A DNA stretch of 64,000 bases. It comes from a virus. Location of the stretch: the IMG/VR virus record IMGVR_UViG_3300013372_003978, positions 23,688 through 87,687 of that record; one strand, 5' to 3'. How positions within the stretch are numbered: position 1 is the first letter of the stretch; the number at the start of each line of letters is the position of its first letter. This document shows, one piece after another, positions 39,663-48,230 of this stretch. The notes under the pieces are model-generated. The model did not search any database and was not told the origin of the DNA. It worked only from the letters and a program-made list of their open reading frames with translations. The position numbers were made by a program, and so were the translations under genes.

Positions 39663-41246
39663 ATGAATAAAAATATACAATTAATTATACCTATGTCTGG
39701 TGTTGGTAAACGTTTTATCGATGCTGGTTACGCTGATACTAAATCACTTATTATTGTCGATGGAAAACCAATAATTCAACACGTAGTTGAAATGTTTAAT
39801 AGCCCTGATGATGTTATTTTCATTTGTAATGAAATACATTTAAGAGATACTAATATGAGAGAAATATTAGAATCAATATCGCCAAATTGTAAGATATTTT
39901 CTGTATCTAATGAGAATAGAAAAGGACCTGTTGATGCTGTTTATCAAATAGCTGAATATATCGATGACAATAGAGAAGTTATCGTTAGTTATTGTGATTA
40001 TGGTACTTATTGGAATTACGACAAATTTTTAAAGGAAACTAGAGAAGCAAATTCTGATGGTGCTATTGCATGTTACACTGGATTTCATCCACACATGTTA
40101 GGTTCTGATAATTATGCATTTGTTAAAATGGAAGATGATAAAGCAGTAGCGATTCAAGAAAAAAAACCTTTCACTGATAATAAAATGGCTGAATTAGCTT
40201 CTAATGGTACTTATTATTTTAAAACTGGACGTATAGTAAAAGATAAGTTTAAAGAATTAATAGATTTAAACCATTCATTAAATAATGAATTTTATGTTAG
40301 TTTAGTTTATAATTTATTAATTAAAGATGGTTTATTAGTTACAACCTTTTTAATTGAAAACATGTTACAATGGGGAACACCTTATGATTTAGAAAACTAT
40401 AAAGGTTGGTCTGAGTATTTTTCTAATATGAAAATCACACAACCAAAAATTAAAAACCCAAAAGGTACGACTCTTGTTTTACCAATGGCTGGTAGAGGAA
40501 GTCGTTTTGAAGATGAAGGGTATCCATTACCAAAACCATTATTAGAAGTTGATAAACTGCCAATGATATTACAAGCAGTTAATTGCTTACCAGAATCAGA
40601 CAATAATGTTTTTATGTGTTTAGAAGACCACATTAAAAATTTTAATATTGACAAAAAATTAAGTGAGTATTACCCTAACACTAAAATTGTTTTAATAGAT
40701 AAAACAACCGAAGGTCAAGCTTGTACATGTGAAATAGGTATTAATAAAACAAACATTGATTTAGAATCACCAATATTAATTTCTGCGTGTGATAATGGAG
40801 TTTATTACGATTCACAAAAATATTTAGATATGGTTAATGATGAATCTATAGATATTATTGTGTGGACATTTAGAAATAATCAAGCTAGTAAAACAAGCCC
40901 TAATTCGTATGCGTGGTTAGATGTTGATAGTGAAGGATTTGTTAAACATGTTTCATGTAAGAAATTTATTTATGATGACCCTTTGAAAACACATGCTATT
41001 ATTGGTACTATGTTTTTTAGAAAGAATAAATATTTCATGGATGGTTTAAAAATGAACTATGAAGAAAATATAAGAACCAATGGTGAATTTTATGTTGATG
41101 ATGTATTAAATCAAAATATAAAAAACGGATTAAAAGTAAAAGTTTTTGAAGTTAAAAATTATATTTGTTGGGGGACACCCAATGATTACAAAACATATCA
41201 ATATTGGTATAATTATTTTAATAAAATAACTAATCGCATTGACTAA
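39663..41246 (+). CDS. Tandem two-domain sugar nucleotidyltransferase-like protein (BcbE-like)
   Basis: IPMSGVGKRF...WGTPYD followed by LPMAGRGSRF...PKPL...NGEFYV...WGTPND. Confidence 0.8.
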   Translation: MNKNIQLIIPMSGVGKRFIDAGYADTKSLIIVDGKPIIQHVVEMFNSPDDVIFICNEIHLRDTNMREILESISPNCKIFSVSNENRKGPVDAVYQIAEYIDDNREVIVSYCDYGTYWNYDKFLKETREANSDGAIACYTGFHPHMLGSDNYAFVKMEDDKAVAIQEKKPFTDNKMAELASNGTYYFKTGRIVKDKFKELIDLNHSLNNEFYVSLVYNLLIKDGLLVTTFLIENMLQWGTPYDLENYKGWSEYFSNMKITQPKIKNPKGTTLVLPMAGRGSRFEDEGYPLPKPLLEVDKLPMILQAVNCLPESDNNVFMCLEDHIKNFNIDKKLSEYYPNTKIVLIDKTTEGQACTCEIGINKTNIDLESPILISACDNGVYYDSQKYLDMVNDESIDIIVWTFRNNQASKTSPNSYAWLDVDSEGFVKHVSCKKFIYDDPLKTHAIIGTMFFRKNKYFMDGLKMNYEENIRTNGEFYVDDVLNQNIKNGLKVKVFEVKNYICWGTPNDYKTYQYWYNYFNKITNRID

Positions 41247-41259
41247 CCCAAAAAAATAA

Positions 41260-42252
41260 ATGAAAAAGAAATTAGCCTTAATACTAGGAGCCAATGGTCA
41301 GGATGCGTCTTATTTGGCTGAATTATTAATAGATAAAGATTATGAGGTTCATGGTACTATAAGAAGAAATTCAGTACCAGAATCTCAAACAACCAGAATC
41401 CAATCACTTCGAGATAATAATCAAATAACCCTACATTATATGGACCTTACGGACCCTATTAGTGTAGAATCAATTATTAATAATTTAAAACCTAATGAAA
41501 TATATCATTTAGCTGCTCAAAGTCACGTACAAATTAGTTTTGAATTACCAAAATACACACTAGATGTTAATGGTGGTGGCACACTTGCTGTTTTAGAAGC
41601 AGTAAGAAAATTCTCACCTAAATCTAAAATATATCATGCGGCAACGTCTGAAATGTTTGGTAATTCTATCGATGATGACGGTTATCAACGTGAAACAACA
41701 CGCTTAGCACCAGTAAGCCCATATGGTTGCAGTAAATTATATGCTCATAGTCTTTGTAATAATTATAGAAATGCGTATGGTATGTTTATAACTTCTGGGA
41801 TTTTATTTAATCATGAAAGCCCTAGGAGAGGAATTAACTTCGTAACCAACAAAGTAGTACTTGAAGCTGTAAAGATTAAACTAGGGCTCTCTAATGAGCT
41901 TGTATTGGGTAACCTAGATGCTGTTAGAGATTGGGGTCATGCAAAAGACTATGTTGAGGGGATGTGGAGAATGTTACAACAAGAAGAACCTGATGATTAT
42001 GTATTGGCTACGGGAGTATCAAAAAGTGTTAGAGATTTAGTAGAATATGTATTTGGTAAATTAGATTTAGATTCAACCAAATATGTTAAAAGCAATGAAA
42101 AATTTCAACGTGCTGAAGAATTACATTTCCTTAAAGGAGATACGTCTAAAGCTAAAGAAAAATTAGGGTGGAAGCCCATATATACTTTTGAAACAATGTT
42201 AGATGAAATGATTCACCATTGGTTTGAAATACTTAGACCAAAAAATTCATAG
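41260..42252 (+). CDS. gmd: GDP-mannose 4,6-dehydratase
   Basis: GANGQDASYL, LAAQSHVQISF, SPYGCSK, LFNHESPRRG, RDWGHAKDY. Confidence 0.97.
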   Translation: MKKKLALILGANGQDASYLAELLIDKDYEVHGTIRRNSVPESQTTRIQSLRDNNQITLHYMDLTDPISVESIINNLKPNEIYHLAAQSHVQISFELPKYTLDVNGGGTLAVLEAVRKFSPKSKIYHAATSEMFGNSIDDDGYQRETTRLAPVSPYGCSKLYAHSLCNNYRNAYGMFITSGILFNHESPRRGINFVTNKVVLEAVKIKLGLSNELVLGNLDAVRDWGHAKDYVEGMWRMLQQEEPDDYVLATGVSKSVRDLVEYVFGKLDLDSTKYVKSNEKFQRAEELHFLKGDTSKAKEKLGWKPIYTFETMLDEMIHHWFEILRPKNS

Positions 42253-42254
42253 AT

Positions 42255-43190
42255 ATGGGTAGATTATTAGTAACAGGTGCCAATGGATTAGTTGGTTCCC
42301 AATTTAAGGGTGATTTAGTGCCAATAACCTCAAAAATGGTTGACCTTAGAGATAAAAAAAGCACTGAAGACATTATTAATTTTTATACCGATAAAGAAAA
42401 ACAAGGAATGTTTGCTATTGATAAAATTATTCACTGTGCTGGTAAAGTAGGTGGTGTTGGTGGAAATATGAATTATAAAGGAGATTTTTTTTATGATAAT
42501 ATTATGATAAATACTAATGTTATTGAAGCAGCTAGAAAATCTGGTGTGGAAAAATTAGTTGTATTCTTATCAACATGTATTTTTCCTAATGATGTTGAAT
42601 ATCCATTAACTGAATCTAAAATACATTTAGGTTCACCACATCCTTCTAATGATGCTTATGCTTATGCTAAAAGAATGGCAGACGTTCAAATAAGAGCTTA
42701 TAGAGAACAATATGGTTTAAAATACACGTCAGTTATTCCAACTAATATTTATGGTCCTAATGATAACTTTGATATTAAAAATGGTCATGTTATACCTTCA
42801 TTAATACATAAATGTTATTTAGCTAGAGAAAACAAAACTGATTTATATATTTGGGGTTCTGGAACACCTTTAAGAGAGTTTATTTTTTCTAAAGATGTTG
42901 CAGAATTAGTTACATGGGTAATAAATAATTATGATGATTTTGAACCATTAATACTATCAACTTCTGAGGAAATATCAATTAAAGATGTTGTTAATGTTAT
43001 CACTGAAAATATGAATTTTAAAGGTAATGTTATTTTTGATAAAACTAAACCAGATGGTCAATTTAGAAAACCTAGCGATAATTCTAAATTAAAATCCTTT
43101 TTACCAAATTTTAATTTTACTCCTTTTGAAGATGGGATTAAAGAAACTATTGAATGGTTTGAAAAGAAATATCCTAATATTAAACAATAA
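42255..43190 (+). CDS. fcl: GDP-L-fucose synthase family epimerase/reductase
   Basis: AGKVGG, STCIFP, YAYAKR, PTNIYGPNDNF, HVIP, WGSGTPLREF. Confidence 0.92.
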   Translation: MGRLLVTGANGLVGSQFKGDLVPITSKMVDLRDKKSTEDIINFYTDKEKQGMFAIDKIIHCAGKVGGVGGNMNYKGDFFYDNIMINTNVIEAARKSGVEKLVVFLSTCIFPNDVEYPLTESKIHLGSPHPSNDAYAYAKRMADVQIRAYREQYGLKYTSVIPTNIYGPNDNFDIKNGHVIPSLIHKCYLARENKTDLYIWGSGTPLREFIFSKDVAELVTWVINNYDDFEPLILSTSEEISIKDVVNVITENMNFKGNVIFDKTKPDGQFRKPSDNSKLKSFLPNFNFTPFEDGIKETIEWFEKKYPNIKQ

Positions 43191-43194
43191 CATA

Positions 43195-43202
43195 TATTTA
43201 TT
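43195..43202 (+). promoter_or_regulatory. Putative late promoter TATTTATT
   Basis: AATAACATATATTTATT, 12 nt before the phoH ATG. Confidence 0.5.
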
Positions 43203-43214
43203 AATAAATAATTT

Positions 43215-44069
43215 ATGACAAAAAAAGCGGCAATAACAAAAGTCCCAGCTACAAAACCCACAACTAGAATAAAAAAAACTGATGTGGTAGCTAACCAAGA
43301 AGTAAAAAAAAATGTTGACTTACTATCTCAAATAAAAATAGATTTAAAACATAAAAATGAAATTCAGAAAAAATTAACATTGGCTATCAAAAATGGTGAT
43401 GTTACAATTTGTACAGGACCAGCAGGAACTGGTAAAACACTTTTAAGTGTTGCTGAAGCTCTAATTCTTTTAAAAGCATTTCCAGATAAATACCAAGAAA
43501 TAAAACTGGTCAAATCAATAGTTCAACTTAAAGACGAAGACTTAGGCACGCTTCCTGGTGATGAGAAGGATAAACTTAAATTTATAATGATGTCATTTTT
43601 TGACGCATTTTATAAATTAATTGGAGAAGAATTAACCAACAAATTACTTGAAGCTGGGTATATTAAAATGGAAGTATTTGGTAGTATTCGTGGAAGGTCA
43701 ATCGCTAATTGTATTATTTTATTCGATGAATTTCAAAACGTTACCGATAATAATGGAAAAACATTACTTACTCGTTTCTCAGAAAATACCAAAGTTATTG
43801 CATTAGGTGATAGTAATCAAGTCGACCTTAAAAATCCAGAAACAAGTTGTTTATCAGAACTAGTTCGTATGGCAAAATTAATACCCGAAGAAGGTGTTAA
43901 TGTTATTGAATTTACAGAAGCTGAAGTTGTTAGACATAGACTTACCAAGTATTTTATTCAAATATTTGAACATAAAGATTACAAGAAAAAAACTGATTCT
44001 AAAAGTGTTACAACTAAAAAACAAAAAGAAAAATCTTTTTTTCAAAAATTTTTAAATTTATTTAAATAA
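43215..44069 (+). CDS. phoH: PhoH family ATPase
   Basis: GPAGTGKT, LGTLPG, IRGRS, DEFQN, LTR, GDSNQVD, VVRH. Confidence 0.93.
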   Translation: MTKKAAITKVPATKPTTRIKKTDVVANQEVKKNVDLLSQIKIDLKHKNEIQKKLTLAIKNGDVTICTGPAGTGKTLLSVAEALILLKAFPDKYQEIKLVKSIVQLKDEDLGTLPGDEKDKLKFIMMSFFDAFYKLIGEELTNKLLEAGYIKMEVFGSIRGRSIANCIILFDEFQNVTDNNGKTLLTRFSENTKVIALGDSNQVDLKNPETSCLSELVRMAKLIPEEGVNVIEFTEAEVVRHRLTKYFIQIFEHKDYKKKTDSKSVTTKKQKEKSFFQKFLNLFK

Positions 44070-44119
44070 TTTATTAGTTTTTTCTTTACTTATCTTCATA
44101 TAATCATTAAATTGGTAAC

Positions 44120-44722
44120 ATGAAGATAGGAATTACCCTTAATGAGGTTTTAAGAGATTTTATTGGCCAACTAGCTTACACTTATGATAAGTATGTTGGT
44201 GAAAATGATGTGACTGAAGAAGATATCACTAATTTTAATTTAATCGAATTTTTTAAATTTGATGACATCAACAAATTTAATACGTTTCTTTATTTGGAAG
44301 CACCTCTAGAAATTTTTGGTCATGCTGACCAGATGTCAGACGGTTTAATGAATCGTTTTAATACTTTTTTAATGGATATAAAAGACGATGGAGAACATGA
44401 AATTGAAATCGTTAGTCGTGAAATTGATAAAAGTATTCCATCAACTTATTTCTTTTTATCAAAAACCAGTTGTAGAATTGATAAAATAAGATTTGTACAG
44501 GATTATGCTAGTAAATGGGATGGTCTAGATTTATTAATTACCGCTAATCCACAAGCTTTAGAAGCTAAACCTTCAGGTAAAATTAGTGTTAAGGTTAATA
44601 CAACATATAACAAAAATATTAGTGCAGATTTTGAAATTGATTCAATATTAGATTTTATTAAAAACGAAGACCTTAGAAGTAAAATTCTAAATACCAAAAT
44701 AACAACTTACGAAGAAATTTAA
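44120..44722 (+). CDS. 5'(3')-deoxyribonucleotidase-like HAD-fold protein, degenerate
   Basis: MKIGITLNEVLRD resembles IxIDxDxVLxD but lacks the catalytic aspartates; C-terminal YN motif. Confidence 0.5.
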   Translation: MKIGITLNEVLRDFIGQLAYTYDKYVGENDVTEEDITNFNLIEFFKFDDINKFNTFLYLEAPLEIFGHADQMSDGLMNRFNTFLMDIKDDGEHEIEIVSREIDKSIPSTYFFLSKTSCRIDKIRFVQDYASKWDGLDLLITANPQALEAKPSGKISVKVNTTYNKNISADFEIDSILDFIKNEDLRSKILNTKITTYEEI

Positions 44723-44725
44723 AAT

Positions 44726-45079
44726 ATGATAGAATTTGGTGGTATAATGTATTATATAGATATTGATGCATTAGAAAAAGTAATCAGTCCACCCTTGGAA
44801 CCAACAAAATTAGTTGAAACACATACTAAAACTTATTTAGATGAAAAGGGTAAAATTATTAGTGTTGAAGTTAACGAATCATCTACAGAAAGAGTTAGAG
44901 AAGTTAATGCCGCTAAATACGATTTAATGAGGACTATGATTGAAGTAGTATTAGATGGTACAGAAGATGACATTGATGATACAATGGGTGCTGAGAGAGG
45001 CTTAGAAAAAGCTTCATTATCATTTAAAATAGCATTTAATACTCTATACGAGTACGAAATAATAAAAGAAAAAGAATAA
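44726..45079 (+). CDS. Hypothetical protein
   Basis: 117-aa ORF in the operon. Confidence 0.7.
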   Translation: MIEFGGIMYYIDIDALEKVISPPLEPTKLVETHTKTYLDEKGKIISVEVNESSTERVREVNAAKYDLMRTMIEVVLDGTEDDIDDTMGAERGLEKASLSFKIAFNTLYEYEIIKEKE

Positions 45080-45101
45080 CAATTAAAAACTTCAAAAAAA
45101 A

Positions 45102-46238
45102 ATGGAAGAACAAAAAAAACAAATCGAAAGTACATTGCAAAATTTAAATGATAAAACATTTAGTTTATACTTTTTTACTTTAGACACCAAAGGTAACCCT
45201 ACTGCTGGTATTGCAAACATTTACGAACACGTAAAACTACTTAATGAATTAGGTTATAATGCATCTATTCTACACGAAAAAAATGATTATAAACTTAGAG
45301 CTGATGAAGAAGGTCAAGGTGTTGCTGAATGGTTAGGTGAAGAGTATGCTCAATTACCACACGTTTCAATCGAAGGGCAACAATTAAATGTTGGACCTGC
45401 TGATTTTATTATTATCCCAGAAATCTTTTCTAATATTATGGACCAAGTTAAAGCTTTTCCATGTAGAAAAGTGGTTATGTCACAAAGCTATGATTATTTA
45501 TTAGAATTATTACCAATCGGTAAAAGATGGAACGTAGATTATGGTTTTAATGACGTAATTACTACTAGTGTTAAACAAGCACAATATTTATCAACTCTTT
45601 TCCCAGGAATAAATTTACATTTAGTTCCAGTATCAATTCCTACATACTTTAAACCTAGTGAAAAACCTAAAATTCCAGTTGTTGCTTTGCACACTAGAAA
45701 TCAATCAGATGCTTCTAAAATTGCTAAAGCATTTTATTTACAATTTCCAATGTACAAATGGATTACTTTTAAAGAATTAAGAGGGTTACCTAGACAAGAA
45801 TTTGCTGAAGAATTAGGAAAATGTGCTTTAGCGGTATGGGTTGATGATACAGCAGGTTTTGGTACGTTCCCATTAGAAGCTTTTGAATCAAATACTACCG
45901 TAATCGGTAAAATACCTAATATGGTTCCAGAATGGATGGAAACTACTGATGAAGAAGGTAATAACGTTATTAAAAATAATGGTGTTTGGACCAATACAAC
46001 ATTAAATATTCCAGAATTAATTGCAACATATTTGAAAGTATGGTTGGAAGATGCTATACCATCTGAATTAACTGAAGCAATTGACTCTAGTAAAGGTCAA
46101 TATACTTCTGAAAAACAATTAACTGCAATTACTGAAGTATACGGTGGTTTAATTTCAAATAGAATTTCTGAACTAAATAACATGCTAAATTCTATAAAAG
46201 AACAAGAACCAGCTGAAGTTGAAACAACTAACAATTAA
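45102..46238 (+). CDS. GT-B fold glycosyltransferase-like protein
   Basis: AGIANIYEHVKLLNELG, IIIPE, GFGTFPLEA. Confidence 0.7.
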   Translation: MEEQKKQIESTLQNLNDKTFSLYFFTLDTKGNPTAGIANIYEHVKLLNELGYNASILHEKNDYKLRADEEGQGVAEWLGEEYAQLPHVSIEGQQLNVGPADFIIIPEIFSNIMDQVKAFPCRKVVMSQSYDYLLELLPIGKRWNVDYGFNDVITTSVKQAQYLSTLFPGINLHLVPVSIPTYFKPSEKPKIPVVALHTRNQSDASKIAKAFYLQFPMYKWITFKELRGLPRQEFAEELGKCALAVWVDDTAGFGTFPLEAFESNTTVIGKIPNMVPEWMETTDEEGNNVIKNNGVWTNTTLNIPELIATYLKVWLEDAIPSELTEAIDSSKGQYTSEKQLTAITEVYGGLISNRISELNNMLNSIKEQEPAEVETTNN

Positions 46239-46253
46239 TTAATATAAAAAAAT

Positions 46254-47054
46254 ATGGAAACTAAAACAGAAATAAGCGTGATTCTTCCAGTTCATGAATT
46301 GAACGAAGAAACTAAAATATTATTTTCTAATGCCGTTGAAAGCGTTAGAATTCAAAGCATTAGACCTGATGAATTAGTCATTGTCGTACCTAAAGATAGC
46401 GATGTTGCTACTTTTGTAAAAGGATTTGATTTCGGTGATTACTCTAAATCAATTACTATTGCTGAAAATGACGGTGATACAGATTTTGCTTCTCAAGTAA
46501 ATTATGGTGTAGGTGTTGCTAAATCTGAATGGTTTAGTATCTTAGAATTTGATGATGAATATGCTACCATTTGGTTTAAAAATGTTGTAAAATATAGACA
46601 AGCACATCCTAATGTTGATATTTTCTTACCTATCATCGTTGATGTTGATGGTGAAAATAAATTTATTGGATTAACAAATGAAGCTGTATGGGCTAATAGT
46701 TTTTCAGATGAATTAGGTATTTTAGATAACAACGCATTATTAACTTATCAAAATTTTAATACTGATGGTATGGTAATGAGAAAATCAGTATATGAAGAAA
46801 ATGGTGGATTTAAACCTAGTATTAAATTAACCTTCTTATATGAATTTTTACTACGTATGACATTTAAAGATGTTAGAGTTATGGTTTTACCTAGATTTGG
46901 TTACAAACACATAAATCAAAGAGCTGGTGCGTTATTTACAAACTATAAAGAAACTCTAGACCCTATAGAGGCTAGATGGTGGTTAGCAACAGCAAAAAAA
47001 GAGTACTATTTCCCTAAAGATAGAAAAATAACGTATGAAGTTCAAAATGGATAA
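46254..47054 (+). CDS. GT2 family glycosyltransferase
   Basis: ISVILPV, VNYGV, ILEFDDEY, GGFK. Confidence 0.8.
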   Translation: METKTEISVILPVHELNEETKILFSNAVESVRIQSIRPDELVIVVPKDSDVATFVKGFDFGDYSKSITIAENDGDTDFASQVNYGVGVAKSEWFSILEFDDEYATIWFKNVVKYRQAHPNVDIFLPIIVDVDGENKFIGLTNEAVWANSFSDELGILDNNALLTYQNFNTDGMVMRKSVYEENGGFKPSIKLTFLYEFLLRMTFKDVRVMVLPRFGYKHINQRAGALFTNYKETLDPIEARWWLATAKKEYYFPKDRKITYEVQNG

Positions 47055-47777
47055 ATGGTTAATAAACGAGGACGTAAAAGGAAAAACGATATGTACTTTG
47101 GTCCAGATGAAGAAGAAGCCGTTATCAAATTTCTGGAATCAGAAGATGAAGCAGAAAGAAATTTAATCTTTAACGAGTGGCTTAAAGCACCACTAGATAA
47201 AATGATTGAATCAATAATCAGAAGATATAAATTATATAGAAAGGGTGAAACGTTTGAAGACCTTCATACGGACACCCTTTCGTTTCTGATGACAAAAGTA
47301 CATAAATTTGAAACAGGTCGTAAAGCTTATTCTTATTTTGGCACCATATGTAAACATTATATATTAGGTCTTTTAATTAAAGATGAAAAATATATGAAAC
47401 AGAATTCTTCATATGAAGATATGTCTGAAGATATTGAGGAACGTAACGATTTAGTATACTATATCGAGGACGATGATTTTTCAATGGATAAATTCATTAA
47501 AAAAGTCTCTGATGGAATTAAAGATGAATTAGATGATACTAAACACCCACCCAAAAAGAAATTAAACGAAAATGAAAAAAAAGTAGGTTATGCTCTGGTT
47601 GAAATATTAGAAAATTGGGAAACCGCTTTTGAATCAATGGATGGAGGTTCAAAATACAATAAGAATTCAGTACTTGAAACTATGCGAAATTATACCAACC
47701 TATCAACAAAAGACATTAGACTATCTATGAAACGATTTAAAGATATGTACGAGTTGTTAAAACAAAGAGGTCTTTAG
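47055..47777 (+). CDS. Phage sigma factor, T4 gp55-like (late transcription)
   Basis: Sigma region 2-like FEDLHTDTLSFLMTKVHKFE..RKAYSYFGTICKHY, comparable to gp55-family AYFTQI. Confidence 0.7.
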   Translation: MVNKRGRKRKNDMYFGPDEEEAVIKFLESEDEAERNLIFNEWLKAPLDKMIESIIRRYKLYRKGETFEDLHTDTLSFLMTKVHKFETGRKAYSYFGTICKHYILGLLIKDEKYMKQNSSYEDMSEDIEERNDLVYYIEDDDFSMDKFIKKVSDGIKDELDDTKHPPKKKLNENEKKVGYALVEILENWETAFESMDGGSKYNKNSVLETMRNYTNLSTKDIRLSMKRFKDMYELLKQRGL

Positions 47778-47805
47778 AAAAATAGTATAAAAACAGATTT
47801 TCAGG

Positions 47806-47813
47806 TATTTATA
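47806..47813 (+). promoter_or_regulatory. Putative late promoter TATTTATA
   Basis: Intergenic, 29 nt before the ATG at 47843. Confidence 0.6.
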
Positions 47814-47842
47814 GTAAATAACATTTAATTAAAACTATTACC

Positions 47843-48229
47843 ATGCCAAGAAAAACTAAACAAGACGTAAAAGTAAATAATAATGAATCGTTAGAAGGTC
47901 TTATGCAAGAAACCTATAATGATGCATGTCTACAAATAACTGATAGTCAAAAAACTATCAATGAATTATCTTCTAGTGCTGTACCAGTCGATGTTGATGA
48001 TTATACCAAAATTGCAAAAGAAAAAGGAAATCTTTTAAAAATTAAAGATTCGGCTATTAGAATAAAATTAGAAATAGCTAAATTGCAAAGTGATATAATT
48101 AAAAATAGAGGTGATGTCGATTCGGCTGTTTCTGAAAGAAGCAACGGTTCCGCAAGTCTTAGTGATTTTAAATCAATTAGAGAAATGCTTAAAAACGACA
48201 AAAATAATTTAGAACATATAGAAGATTAA
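47843..48229 (+). CDS. Hypothetical helical protein
   Basis: 128 aa, coiled-coil character. Confidence 0.65.
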   Translation: MPRKTKQDVKVNNNESLEGLMQETYNDACLQITDSQKTINELSSSAVPVDVDDYTKIAKEKGNLLKIKDSAIRIKLEIAKLQSDIIKNRGDVDSAVSERSNGSASLSDFKSIREMLKNDKNNLEHIED

Positions 48230-48230
48230 T

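Noticed and set aside
20224-47054. Bacterial capsule locus flanking a prophage
   Set aside because: It is interleaved with phage genes, flanked on both sides by virion genes, and lacks export genes, integrase or att sites.
47843-48229. Terminase small subunit
   Set aside because: Size and helicity fit, but there is no recognisable motif and it is far from the large subunit; left as hypothetical.
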